From: an uncultured bacterium
GTDB lineage: Bacteria > Bacillota_I > Bacilli_A > RF39 > UBA660
Assembly: GCA_949291455.1 (NCBI GenBank)
Contig: CASEVQ010000004.1
Location: 1 to 57,055 of the forward strand
DNA: 57,055 nt
Direction: 5' to 3'
The stretch's first letter is position 1; the number at the start of each line of letters is the position of its first letter. This document shows, in pieces, positions 9,179 through 19,217 of this stretch. The notes beneath the pieces are model-generated. The model worked only from the letters and a program-made list of their open reading frames with translations. It did no database searches and was not told where the DNA came from. Made by a program: the position numbers and the translations under genes.

Positions 9179-9957
9179 CTTGGATACCCCACATACATTG
9201 TACCATTTGTAATAATTCCACCAATACCTTCTTCTTTATATTTTGTACTATTAATTATTTTTAGTAAATCTATTGATTCATTTTTATTCGATAATGCAAT
9301 TAATGATGCTACTATTGCTGGATCTAAAGCATGAATATTTATTCTTTTGGGACTACTTGCAAAATTAGCACCAGCTTTTATTAATTCTTCATAGTTTGAT
9401 TGACAAGCACCAGCAATTATAATTAATTTTTCCTGACTTTTTTCATATTTTCTTGCTTCTAATACAGCATTTATAAAATTGTTACTATTTTTATATACGT
9501 CCTCTTTTAAAGTATTTTTTCTTTTTTTAAAATAAGCGTCATGCCCTGTTATTACTACTATATCAGGATTAATTTCTTTTAAATATTCATAAATGTTAGA
9601 ACTAATATCTTTTTCTTGTAAAGTTACACCATATGCCATTATTTTTAATTTTTTATATAGCGACATGCACCTTTTTAGATATTCATTGTCAGCATCAATA
9701 TGTAATACTTTTCCTGGTAAGTAAAAATATTCATTTCTATCTAAATTTATTTCATTATTAAGATTTTTTGACATTTCTTCGTCTTCATTTCTTCCAGGGT
9801 CATTAACTTTTTTTAGGTCATCTAAGTAACTATCTGCAATAAGTCTAACATCTAAACCTTTCAAGTATGCAATATTGTTTTCTATAGAAGTTATTTTAAA
9901 AACTATATCATTACCATGAGATTGTCTAGTTACTAAATCTCCAACATTAAAAAGCAT
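9175..9957 (-). CDS. yabG: sporulation-specific protease YabG
   Basis: Matches Bacillus YabG by eye: VRLIADS, PGKVLHIDAD, VITGHDAY, AGACQS, AGANFASSPKRINIHALDP. Confidence 0.9.
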   Translation of the reverse strand: MLFNVGDLVTRQSHGNDIVFKITSIENNIAYLKGLDVRLIADSYLDDLKKVNDPGRNEDEEMSKNLNNEINLDRNEYFYLPGKVLHIDADNEYLKRCMSLYKKLKIMAYGVTLQEKDISSNIYEYLKEINPDIVVITGHDAYFKKRKNTLKEDVYKNSNNFINAVLEARKYEKSQEKLIIIAGACQSNYEELIKAGANFASSPKRINIHALDPAIVASLIALSNKNESIDLLKIINSTKYKEEGIGGIITNGTMYVGYPR

Positions 9958-9991
9958 ATAATCATCTCCTATTGATTATATGCTTTTTAAG

Positions 9992-10777
9992 TTATAGATT
10001 ATTACTTATTTCTATAAAGTCTTCAATACAAAGTGCCTCTGCTCTAACATCAACTCTCTTATTATTTTTTAGTAATATTTCTTCGATTTTACTAAAATTA
10101 TAGCTTTTTAAATTATTTTTTAACGTTTTTCTTTTATATTTGAAACTATCTTTTACAAGTTTAAAAAATATTTCTTCATTTTTTACTTCATATTTTTCTT
10201 GTTTCCTAGTTAAAGATAATATTACACTATCTACTTTTGGTTTTGGAATAAAAGAGTTTTTGGAAACGATAAATTCTTGTTTTATATTATAATAATAATT
10301 TAAAAATACAGTTATTGAAGAGTAATCTTTAGTACCCACTTTAGCTGAAAATCTTTCACCTACTTCTTTTTGTACCATAATTACCATCTTTTCTAAATTT
10401 ATTTTTTCTTCTATTAATTTTATAATTATTGGAGTTGTTATATAATATGGTAAATTTGCTATAACATATAGATTATCGTATTTATATTTTTCTAAATCTT
10501 TTTTTATATTTCTGTTTAAAAAGTCATCATAAATAATTTCTATATTGTTTATATTAGAAAACTCATTATCGAGAGTTTTTCTTAATTCTGTATCTATTTC
10601 ATATGCTAATACTTTTCCATATTTAATAAGTTCTCTTGTTAAAGAACCACTTCCTGGTCCAATTTCTATTATTAATGAATTGTCTTTTATACTAGATACA
10701 TTTATTATTTTATTAATTATATTTTTATCTATTAAAAAGTTTTGCCCAAATTTTTTTTTAAAATTATGTTCTATCAT
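9992..10777 (-). CDS. rsmA: 16S rRNA (adenine1518/1519-N6)-dimethyltransferase RsmA/KsgA
   Basis: KKKFGQNFL and EIGPGSGSLT SAM motif. Start set at the ATG (MIEHNF) preceded by GGAGG; the ORF track extends to 10810. Confidence 0.95.
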   Translation of the reverse strand: MIEHNFKKKFGQNFLIDKNIINKIINVSSIKDNSLIIEIGPGSGSLTRELIKYGKVLAYEIDTELRKTLDNEFSNINNIEIIYDDFLNRNIKKDLEKYKYDNLYVIANLPYYITTPIIIKLIEEKINLEKMVIMVQKEVGERFSAKVGTKDYSSITVFLNYYYNIKQEFIVSKNSFIPKPKVDSVILSLTRKQEKYEVKNEEIFFKLVKDSFKYKRKTLKNNLKSYNFSKIEEILLKNNKRVDVRAEALCIEDFIEISNNL

Positions 10778-10816
10778 ATATCCTCCAATAAAAAAGAAAC
10801 CTGATAACAATCAGAT

Positions 10817-11401
10817 TTATTTCTTTTTTGTAACTTCTAATGATATCATGTTTTTACCTTGATATCCTCTATCTAAAACACTACTTTTATTTGTTACATA
10901 TAAATCAATAATTTCATTTTTATAACATGCACCACAAGTATCTAGGATAATTCCTTCATATTCTACACCATCAATAGTTAAAAGTACTTCATCATAATAC
11001 TTAAAATATAACTTATTCTCTTTTACTCCAAATTTATTTTGCAAATATGTTGTCGCTGCTGCTAAAACTAATTTTCCATTATATGTGTACCACCCATGTT
11101 CATCAATAGTAAAATCTTCGACACAAAGACCTGACCCTGTACAGTGGCCACTATTACATTCATCATTAGGATAATAAGACGTAATTCTATATTTATAAGT
11201 TTCTATATTTGATAATATTTCTTCTGGTACATATTCTGTAGTTAAATGTGAAGACCTTAAAGAACTAACGCCAGATATATTATATGTCGTTATTTTTTTT
11301 ATACTTCCTACTTCAATCAATATAAAAAATATTAATATTACATACAGTAAGACAAATATTTCTCTTTTTAACATAGAAATTAGTCTTTTCACGGTATTCA
11401 C
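10817..11401 (-). CDS. 3D-domain (RlpA-like double-psi beta-barrel) cell-wall protein, YabE-like position
   Basis: N-terminal TM helix. ITSYYPNDE..SGHCTGSG and DTCGAC..IDLYV resemble the 3D domain. Sits between tatD and rsmA like Bacillus yabE. Start is ambiguous (GTG 11401, GTG 11392 or ATG 11374). Confidence 0.55.
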   Translation of the reverse strand: MNTVKRLISMLKREIFVLLYVILIFFILIEVGSIKKITTYNISGVSSLRSSHLTTEYVPEEILSNIETYKYRITSYYPNDECNSGHCTGSGLCVEDFTIDEHGWYTYNGKLVLAAATTYLQNKFGVKENKLYFKYYDEVLLTIDGVEYEGIILDTCGACYKNEIIDLYVTNKSSVLDRGYQGKNMISLEVTKKK

Positions 11402-11451
11402 CTCTACAACTAAAATATAGCATATATTTTTTTTAAAGTCAATTTTAGCTT

Positions 11452-12204
11452 TTATATTTGAAATAATTCTTTAACATTATTCTCTATTTTTAATTCTACT
11501 TCTTTAATATCAACATTCTTTTGTTTTGCTATTTCTTCTACTATTATTGGAATATTAACAGGGCTATTTTGTTTTCCACGATATGGTTCTGGTGCTAAAT
11601 AAGGACTATCTGTTTCTGTGATTATATATTTTAAATCAATAGATTTAATTACATCTTTTAATTTAGAGTTTTTAAATGTTATAACTCCTCCTATCCCTAA
11701 TTTGTAACCAATGGAAATATACATTTTAGCATTTTCTAAATTTCCACTAAAACAGTGAATTACACCTTTTAAATTTCTTTTTTTCAATATATCATATGTA
11801 TCTTGAAATGCTTCTCTAGAATGAATAACTACAGGTAAATTTAATTCTTCTGCCAAATTTAACATACAATTGAATAATTTTTTTTGTTTTTCTTTATTAT
11901 CCTTTGACCAATAATAATCTATGCCTATTTCTCCTATTGCTACTACTTTTTTATTTTGTATTATTTTATTTTTTAAATTTTCGATATCAATATTAGTTAC
12001 TTTACTTGCTTCACTTGGATGATATCCTAATGATAAATAAACATTTTCATATTTATTAGATATTTCAATTGCTTCATCAATGTTATTTAATTCACAACCA
12101 CTTATTATAATTTTTCTAACATTTTTTAAATTACATTCTTCTATTAATCTATCTATATTGCCATATTCTTCTTTTGATATATGACAATGAGTATCAATAT
12201 ACAT
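11452..12204 (-). CDS. tatD: TatD family metal-dependent hydrolase (YabD)
   Basis: MYIDTHCHI N-terminus, GEIGIDYYW, VIHSREA, ETDSPYLAP. Confidence 0.9.
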   Translation of the reverse strand: MYIDTHCHISKEEYGNIDRLIEECNLKNVRKIIISGCELNNIDEAIEISNKYENVYLSLGYHPSEASKVTNIDIENLKNKIIQNKKVVAIGEIGIDYYWSKDNKEKQKKLFNCMLNLAEELNLPVVIHSREAFQDTYDILKKRNLKGVIHCFSGNLENAKMYISIGYKLGIGGVITFKNSKLKDVIKSIDLKYIITETDSPYLAPEPYRGKQNSPVNIPIIVEEIAKQKNVDIKEVELKIENNVKELFQI

Positions 12205-12227
12205 ATTTTCACCTTAATTTTAAAATT

Positions 12228-13778
12228 TTATTTTTTTAATATTTCTTCAATTTCTTTTAGTTTTGCTTCTTTATCAATTCTTTGGAATAAAGGAGTTGGA
12301 GTTGAGGTTTTATAAATTATGTTATCTAAATATTTTTCTTCTTTGTTATCATTATTTAATTGTTCAAATATTTTTTTGCTAGTACTAGGTAAAAAAGATT
12401 GTAATTCAACAGCAGATACTCTTATAGCCTCTAACAAGTTATAAAGAATTGTTTCAAGTTTATTCTTTTCTTTTTCTTCTTTTGCTAAGGTCCAAGGTGT
12501 AGTTTCATCAATGTATTTATTGCTTCTTCTTAACAGATTAAATATTTCATCTAGTGCTGAACCAATTTCTAATTTGTTCATTCTATTTTCTACTGCTTTT
12601 TCTAGATTATTGATTGTGTTTATTAAATCGTTATCATACTCTGTTTTTTCTTTTTTATTTTCGATTTTACCATTAAAATATTTATTGGCCATTGAAATAG
12701 TTCTATTTACTAGATTTCCTAAAACATTAGCTAAATCACTATTTACTCTTTCAATAATTAAATCATAAGTTATTGATCCATCATTAGCAAATGGTATTTC
12801 ATGTAAAACATAATATCTTATTGCATCTGTTCCAAAAAAATTTACTAAATCATCAGCATAAATGATATTCCCTTTTGATTTACTCATTTTATCTTGTCCA
12901 AAAAGTAACCAAGGATGTCCAAATACTTGTTTAGGAAGTGGTAAATCTAAAGCCATTAATATTATTGGCCAATAAATGGTGTGAAATCTTATAATGTCTT
13001 TTCCAATTAAATGCAAATCAGCTGGCCAATATTTTTTAAATTCTTCTGTAGGATTATCTACGTCATATCCAATATTGGTAATATAATTAGTTAATGCATC
13101 AATCCAAACATATACTACATGTTTAGGATCAAAATCGACAGGTACTCCCCAAGTAAATGATGTTCTAGATACACACAAATCTTGTAATCCTGGTTTTAAA
13201 AAATTATTTATCATTTCATTTTTTCTTGATTCTGGTTGAATAAATTCTGGATGTTCTTCAATATATTTTATTAATCTATCTTGATATTTAGATAATTTAA
13301 AGAAATATGCTTCTTCGCTAGCGTTATGTACTTCTCTTCCACAATCTGGGCATTTACCATCTATAAGCTGACTTTCAGTGAAAAATGATTCACAAGGTGT
13401 ACAATATAATCCTTCATATTTTCCCTTATAAATATCTCCTTGTTCATAAAGTTTTTTAAATATTTTTTGTACTTGTTTTTCATGTTTTTCGTCTGTTGTC
13501 CTAACAAATCTGTCATATGTTGTATCCATTATATCCCATATATCTTTAATTTCTTTTGCTATTTGATCAACAAATTCTTTAGGAGTAATTCCCTTTTCTT
13601 CTGCTTTTAATTGAATTTTTTCCCCATGTTCATCGGTTCCAGTTTGAAAATATACATCAAACCCTTTTTGTCTTTTATATCTTGCAATTGCATCTGCTAA
13701 AACAATTTCATAAGTATTTCCAATATGCGGTTTTGCAGATGTATAAGCAATTGCTGTTGTTATATAATATTTTTCCAT
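12228..13778 (-). CDS. metG: methionine--tRNA ligase (short form without the C-terminal tRNA-binding domain)
   Basis: PHIGNTYE (HIGH), KMSKSKGN (KMSKS) and Zn knuckle CPDCG. 516 aa. Confidence 0.95.
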   Translation of the reverse strand: MEKYYITTAIAYTSAKPHIGNTYEIVLADAIARYKRQKGFDVYFQTGTDEHGEKIQLKAEEKGITPKEFVDQIAKEIKDIWDIMDTTYDRFVRTTDEKHEKQVQKIFKKLYEQGDIYKGKYEGLYCTPCESFFTESQLIDGKCPDCGREVHNASEEAYFFKLSKYQDRLIKYIEEHPEFIQPESRKNEMINNFLKPGLQDLCVSRTSFTWGVPVDFDPKHVVYVWIDALTNYITNIGYDVDNPTEEFKKYWPADLHLIGKDIIRFHTIYWPIILMALDLPLPKQVFGHPWLLFGQDKMSKSKGNIIYADDLVNFFGTDAIRYYVLHEIPFANDGSITYDLIIERVNSDLANVLGNLVNRTISMANKYFNGKIENKKEKTEYDNDLINTINNLEKAVENRMNKLEIGSALDEIFNLLRRSNKYIDETTPWTLAKEEKEKNKLETILYNLLEAIRVSAVELQSFLPSTSKKIFEQLNNDNKEEKYLDNIIYKTSTPTPLFQRIDKEAKLKEIEEILKK

Positions 13779-14266
13779 TATTTTTCCTCCTTATTAGTAG
13801 ATCCAAGTCCACCTTTTCTTTCATTTATTATTTTTTCTTCATTATCTACTGTTAAAAACTTAGTAAATATTCCTTGGCAAATCGCATCACCTTTTTTTAC
13901 TATATAATCTTTATCACCTTCATTTTGCAATTTTAACCAAGCATGGCCTTCATTATTAATATTATTATAATAATCACTTTCAAATATCCCTATTTGATTA
14001 CACATCCGTACATTGTATTTAAAACCCATGCTACTTCTAACAACTAACATTAACATTTCATCTTCATTCATACATATTTTTACACCTGTTGGAATTTTTT
14101 TTATTTCCCCTGGTTTTAAAATAAAATCGTATAAAGAAAAGAAGTCATAGCCAGCACTATATTTTGTGCTTCTTTTAGGTAATGAATAACTATTATATAA
14201 TTCTATATCGTCACTACAATCTTTTTTAAATTGTTCAAAACTTATTTTTTCAAAATATCTAGACAT
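13778..14266 (-). CDS. dut: dUTP diphosphatase (YncF/YosS-like)
   Basis: SAGYDF, VVRSSMG, GDAICQGIF and the C-terminal RKGGLGSTN motif. Its stop overlaps the metG start. Confidence 0.85.
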   Translation of the reverse strand: MSRYFEKISFEQFKKDCSDDIELYNSYSLPKRSTKYSAGYDFFSLYDFILKPGEIKKIPTGVKICMNEDEMLMLVVRSSMGFKYNVRMCNQIGIFESDYYNNINNEGHAWLKLQNEGDKDYIVKKGDAICQGIFTKFLTVDNEEKIINERKGGLGSTNKEEK

Positions 14267-14280
14267 AAAAAACCTCCTAA

Positions 14281-14501
14281 AAATAAAACACAGATAAATA
14301 TCCCTTAAGGACGAATTATCCGTGTTACCACCTTAATTCATAAATTAAATTAATTTATGCACTTATATTATAACGCTATTGCGGACTTTTAGTCTGTTCT
14401 GGAAATCATTTTCAAGAAAAACTTATGTCTTCTTTCACCTACAAGACTCTCTTTTTATAAGTTTTTTTCTATCTCTTTTCCTTCAACACATTTAAAAATA
14501 C
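14281..14501 (-). promoter_or_regulatory. T-box riboswitch leader, Met (AUG) specifier, upstream of dut-metG
   Basis: Minus strand: AG-bulge AAAGAGAG, distal loop GTAGGTGAAAG, then GAAA-ATG-A (specifier followed by A). T-box sequence AAGGTGGTAACACGG (plus 14320-14332). Terminator ACACGGATAA..TTATCTGTGT plus TTTTATTTT. RBS GGAGG follows. Confidence 0.75.
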
Positions 14502-14507
14502 GCATTA

Positions 14508-14536
14508 ATTATAACATTATTTTTTTTACTCTTCAA
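14508..14536 (-). promoter_or_regulatory. sigma-A type promoter of the Met T-box/dut-metG transcript
   Basis: TTGAAG-17 nt-TATAAT with an extended TGt. The -35 overlaps the last codons of spoVT. Confidence 0.55.
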
Positions 14537-15053
14537 CATTTTTTCCTAAAAATTGTGATGCGATATCAACAATATTTTTATCATTTTCGTTTAATTTTTC
14601 ATTGTTTATTAATATTACTAAACCAATTACATCCCCATTTGCTATTATTGGTGAAATAATATAATTACATTCTATAAAAGTATCTTCTGTTATATATAGT
14701 TTTTTTCTATCGTTTTCTTTTATTTTTGTTCTTTTAACAATGCATTCTTCTAAATATTTGCTAATAGATTTATTTAAATATTCTTTTTTTCTTAAATTTG
14801 GACAAGAAATTATATTATCTCTATCTGTTATAAACATTTCCATCTTCATCGTTGTATATATTGTTTCAGAATATACATTGGAAATTTCTACTAAATTATT
14901 CATCGTAGAATATTTTTTTAATGCTACAACATCTTTATCAATATATATTTCTAATGAGGCTCCATCTTTAATTCCTAGAGTTCTTCTAATTTCTTTTGGT
15001 ATTACTATTCTTCCTAGTTCATCTATTCTTCTTACTACTCCAGTTGTTTCCAT
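14526..15053 (-). CDS. spoVT: stage V sporulation protein T (AbrB-type N-terminus plus GAF-like C-terminus)
   Basis: METTGVVRRIDELGRIVIPKEIRRTLGIKDGASLEIY... and EYLNKSISKYLE..PIIANGDVIGLVIL align with Bacillus SpoVT. Start at the ATG preceded by GGAGG; the ORF track extends to 15071. Confidence 0.9.
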   Translation of the reverse strand: METTGVVRRIDELGRIVIPKEIRRTLGIKDGASLEIYIDKDVVALKKYSTMNNLVEISNVYSETIYTTMKMEMFITDRDNIISCPNLRKKEYLNKSISKYLEECIVKRTKIKENDRKKLYITEDTFIECNYIISPIIANGDVIGLVILINNEKLNENDKNIVDIASQFLGKNVEE

Positions 15054-15109
15054 TTTTGTCCTCCATTTCACCTATATAATTAGTTTTTACTTTAAGTCTA
15101 TTTTTATAC

Positions 15110-15137
15110 TTATAATTTACTTATAAGTAAATTATAA
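15110..15137. repeat. perfect 28-bp palindrome upstream of spoVT
   Basis: TTATAATTTACTTA|TAAGTAAATTATAA, checked base by base. It lies 57-84 nt upstream of the spoVT ATG. Confidence 0.9.
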
Positions 15138-15207
15138 TATTTTTATTAGCACTTTTCCTTTGGTAATTTTTACCAAATAAAAAACTTACTAATTTTTTTA
15201 GTAAGTT

Positions 15208-15837
15208 TTATTGTTCTATTGTTTGTTTATTAAGTGAAATATATTTATTGTAAGATTCAATTGCCATGTTTTTTAATGATTCGTCTCGAAATTTTATTTG
15301 CTCTTGAATCTTTTTAATTATATTATTATTAAATAAAATATTTATACGACTATAAATTCTTTCTTCTTGCTCTTTAGATTCTAATTTATATTTCCGTATA
15401 ATTTCTTGGGAAAATTCTGTACAAATTTCTTTTTTTAACAGTAAATCCAATTCATCATTTAACTGTTCTGTTTCTTTTGCAATAAATTCATTATATTCAT
15501 TCAAATATTCTTCTTTAACAATGTCATCCTCTATTTCTTTTTCTAAGAATTTTTCTTTTATTTTTTTCTTTTTTTCTTCTATTTTAGAATTTACTATGTT
15601 ATTTATTTTATTTTTTTCACGGAAAAGTATACCTAACAATTCTTCTTTTTTGTATTCAATCTCTATTTCCAAAAAATATTTTTTAAAAAACATAGCTAAT
15701 TTATTTATTTCTAATGCTACACAATTATCTGTTGTATTTTTTAATGCTTCTAAATTTCTTTCCATTTCAAGAATTAAACTGTTTTTTAATATTTCTTTAT
15801 TTTTATCTTGAAACATTTTATTTATATTCATTTCCAT
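15208..15837 (-). CDS. hypothetical coiled-coil protein (Lys/Glu-rich), no family recognised
   Basis: Long ORF on the same strand as its neighbours. ATG preceded by AAGGTG. Heptad-like charged sequence. Hairpin plus T-run at the stop. Confidence 0.5.
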   Translation of the reverse strand: MEMNINKMFQDKNKEILKNSLILEMERNLEALKNTTDNCVALEINKLAMFFKKYFLEIEIEYKKEELLGILFREKNKINNIVNSKIEEKKKKIKEKFLEKEIEDDIVKEEYLNEYNEFIAKETEQLNDELDLLLKKEICTEFSQEIIRKYKLESKEQEERIYSRINILFNNNIIKKIQEQIKFRDESLKNMAIESYNKYISLNKQTIEQ

Positions 15838-15901
15838 TAATAACACCTTTTTCTATTCTATTAAAATATTAGCAAATCTAATTCTACTAGTCAAGAAATT
15901 G

Positions 15902-18900
15902 CTATTTAAGAGTTATCTTATTTAATAATTCAGTTAATAAATAAATACTATTTTTTTCTAATTTAATTGTATCTAATATTATGATTAAATGACCACTTTT
16001 CATTTGAAATCTAAACATTCTAGATATATTAAATGCATCAATAAATAATTTTTCACCGTCTATTTTATTAGATATTTCTTGGGAAAAAATTAATTCTATA
16101 TAGTTTTTAGTTTGATTTACTTTTTCAACTTCTAATTTTTTAGCTATTTTTTCAAACCATTCTTCATACATATATATTAGTATTTTTTCATTTATTTTCC
16201 CAAATCTGTCTTCAAGTTCATCTTTTATTGCTATTAATTTATTATAAGAATCTATTTCATTAATTTTTTTATGAATTTCTATTTTTAAATCATTATCTTT
16301 TACATATTCATCAGAGATATGAGTATCAACGTTAATTAATGGTTTCTCCTCTACTGTTTCCTCTTCTTCAATTTTTTCTCCTTTTAATTTTGCAACTTCT
16401 TCGTTTAATATTTTTAAATATAGTTCTATTCCTATATTATCAATAAATCCAGCTTGTTCACTTCCTAAAATGTCTCCTGCTCCTCTTATAGATAAATCTC
16501 TTGTAGCAATTTTAAAACCACTTCCAAGTTCTGTAAATTCTTTAATAACATTTAATCTTTTTATCGCTGTTTCGTTCAACATTTTATTTTGCTGATACAT
16601 CAAATATGCATATGCTATTTTGTTACTTCTTCCTACTCTTCCTCTTATTTGATATAGTTGACTTAAACCAAAGCAATCTGCATTATATATTATAAGAGTA
16701 TTTACATTTGGAATATCGATACCTGTTTCTATAATTGTTGTGCAAAGCAAAACATCATATTTATTATTAATAAAGTCTATCATACGATTTTCTATTTCGT
16801 TTTTATTCATTTGTCCATGAGCTTCTATTATCCTTGCTTCTGGCAATAACCTTTGTAATTCTTGTTTTTTTGCTTCTAGTTTTTCTACTCTATTATATAA
16901 TATAAAAACTTGTCCTCCTCTAGATAATTCTTTATATACAGCATCTTTAATAATGTGTATATTTTCTTCTAACACGTAAGTTTGTACTGGGTATCTATCT
17001 ACTGGAGGCGTTTCTATTAAAGATAAACTTCTTAATCCTGTCATTGACATTTGTAATGTTCTAGGGATAGGTGTTGCTGTTAGTGTCAATACATCAACAT
17101 TTTCTTTATATTCTTTTATTTTTTCTTTGTGAATTACACCAAATCTTTGTTCTTCATCTATAATTAATAATCCTAAATTATTAGGTTTTACGTCATTACT
17201 CAATATTCTATGAGTACCAAATAATATATCTACTTTTCCATTTTTTAGATTTTCAATTATTTCTTTTGTTTTTTTTGATGAAGTAAAACGATTTAATAAT
17301 GCAATGTTCACAGGAAAATTTTTGAAACGTTGAATTGCATTTTCGTATTGCTGATTTGAAAGTATTGTTGTTGGACATAGATACAAAACCTGTTTTCCAT
17401 CATTAACAGCTTTAAACATTGCCCTAAATGCTACTTCAGTTTTACCATATCCAACATCACCACACAATAATCTATCCATTGGTATTGAGGATTCCATATC
17501 TTCTTTTATTTGTTTTGTTACATAAAGCTGATCCTTTGTTGGTTCATATGGAAATTCTGATTCAAACATTAACTGTAATTCATTGTCTTTGCTAAATTGA
17601 AAACCTTTTTTCATTTCTCGTAATGCGTATATTTTTAATAATTTAGCTGCAATGTCTTTTACTTTGCTTTTAACACGTAATTTTGTTTTTTCCCATTCTG
17701 TGCCACCTAATTTATTTATTTTGGGAACCATTCCTTCTTTTCCAGTATATTTACTGATTAAATCTATTTTTTCTACTGGTATATATAATTTGTCTTTACC
17801 AAAATATAGTATTTCTATATAATCTTTTAATACTTCACCTTGTTTTAAAGTCTTTATACCATTATATATACCTATTCCATGAAGTGTATGTACTACATAA
17901 TCTCCAATTTCTAAATTATTTATATTTTTTATTTTTGAAGAATATTTAAAGTTTGTTTTATATTTAGCTTTGTTAATATGTTTTATAAATAATTCGGATT
18001 CGGTTAATACAATAAAATCTTTGTATATAAATCCTTTATTTATTGGCATATCTATTATACTAACCTGATTTTTTAAAATATTTTTATAATTAGTCATAAT
18101 ATAGCTGTGTTCAATAAATTTTGTAAAACTTTTTATTTGATAATCTTTTATAGCAATTATTATAGTTTTATTTAAATAGATTTGTTCATTTATAAATTTA
18201 TTAATTGCATCTATATTTTCTGAAAAACTTCCTATTTCTTTTATTTGATAATCAGTAATATTTTCAGAAGATACATTATCAAAAATATTTTCGACTGTAT
18301 TATAATATATAACTTTATCTTGTTTTATTTCATTGAGATTATACATATACTCACTATCAAAATTAGTATCTTTATCAATTTTATATTCAAAGATTTGCTC
18401 TAATAGAGTATTAAATGATGTTTTTAACTGGTTATAATTTTTAAATATTGTTATTGGGTTTTCTAAATAATCATAAATTGAATTTATTTTTCCATTAGTA
18501 ATTTTTTTCAAATACTTTTGTTCTTCTTTATATTCTTCATCATATTCATCTATTAAAAATTCTGTATATGGTAATATTTTTACTTTTTCTATTTCTTCAA
18601 TAGTTTTTTGAGTATCTTCATCAAATATTCTTATTGAATCAATTTCATCACCAAAATATTCTATTCTTACTGGATGTTCAAATTCTATTGGAAATATATC
18701 TATTACAAATCCTCTAATTCCAATTTCTCCTGTTTTTGTTACAATGGTTTCTGTTTTATAGCCTATAGATATTAAGTCATCAATTAATTTTTCTCTTTTA
18801 TATTCTTTATTTTTTGTTAATTTTAATATTGAATTTTTATATTTTTCTTTTGTCGGTAAATATCTTAAATAACCATTTAAATGTGTTACTATTATTTTTT

Positions 18901-19207
18901 TTTCTATATCAAAAGTTCTATTTATTGTTTCTAAACGTGTTACTTTTAAATCTGGGCTTATCGCTATTGATTCACTTGTTAAAAAATCATCCATCGGAAA
19001 TAAATAGCTTCTATTTGTATAAGTTGATAAAGAATTATTTATTATATTTGCTTCAAATAAAGTAGGAGTTACAATGAGAATATTTTTATTTTGTTCTTTT
19101 AATAATTTATTTACATACAACGAAAAAAATTCGTCGTTTAGTCCGACCAACCCTATTGTTTTTTTATCAATATTATTTATTTTTATTAAATCATCGAGCA
19201 AATTCAT
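15902..19207 (-). CDS. mfd: transcription-repair coupling factor Mfd
   Basis: 1101 aa. GDVGYGKTEVA Walker A, IIDEEQRFG (DEEQ box) and an RNAP-interacting/TRCF-type architecture. pth lies downstream, as in Bacillus. Confidence 0.95.
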   Translation of the reverse strand: MNLLDDLIKINNIDKKTIGLVGLNDEFFSLYVNKLLKEQNKNILIVTPTLFEANIINNSLSTYTNRSYLFPMDDFLTSESIAISPDLKVTRLETINRTFDIEKKIIVTHLNGYLRYLPTKEKYKNSILKLTKNKEYKREKLIDDLISIGYKTETIVTKTGEIGIRGFVIDIFPIEFEHPVRIEYFGDEIDSIRIFDEDTQKTIEEIEKVKILPYTEFLIDEYDEEYKEEQKYLKKITNGKINSIYDYLENPITIFKNYNQLKTSFNTLLEQIFEYKIDKDTNFDSEYMYNLNEIKQDKVIYYNTVENIFDNVSSENITDYQIKEIGSFSENIDAINKFINEQIYLNKTIIIAIKDYQIKSFTKFIEHSYIMTNYKNILKNQVSIIDMPINKGFIYKDFIVLTESELFIKHINKAKYKTNFKYSSKIKNINNLEIGDYVVHTLHGIGIYNGIKTLKQGEVLKDYIEILYFGKDKLYIPVEKIDLISKYTGKEGMVPKINKLGGTEWEKTKLRVKSKVKDIAAKLLKIYALREMKKGFQFSKDNELQLMFESEFPYEPTKDQLYVTKQIKEDMESSIPMDRLLCGDVGYGKTEVAFRAMFKAVNDGKQVLYLCPTTILSNQQYENAIQRFKNFPVNIALLNRFTSSKKTKEIIENLKNGKVDILFGTHRILSNDVKPNNLGLLIIDEEQRFGVIHKEKIKEYKENVDVLTLTATPIPRTLQMSMTGLRSLSLIETPPVDRYPVQTYVLEENIHIIKDAVYKELSRGGQVFILYNRVEKLEAKKQELQRLLPEARIIEAHGQMNKNEIENRMIDFINNKYDVLLCTTIIETGIDIPNVNTLIIYNADCFGLSQLYQIRGRVGRSNKIAYAYLMYQQNKMLNETAIKRLNVIKEFTELGSGFKIATRDLSIRGAGDILGSEQAGFIDNIGIELYLKILNEEVAKLKGEKIEEEETVEEKPLINVDTHISDEYVKDNDLKIEIHKKINEIDSYNKLIAIKDELEDRFGKINEKILIYMYEEWFEKIAKKLEVEKVNQTKNYIELIFSQEISNKIDGEKLFIDAFNISRMFRFQMKSGHLIIILDTIKLEKNSIYLLTELLNKITLK

Positions 19208-19217
19208 ATTATCACCA

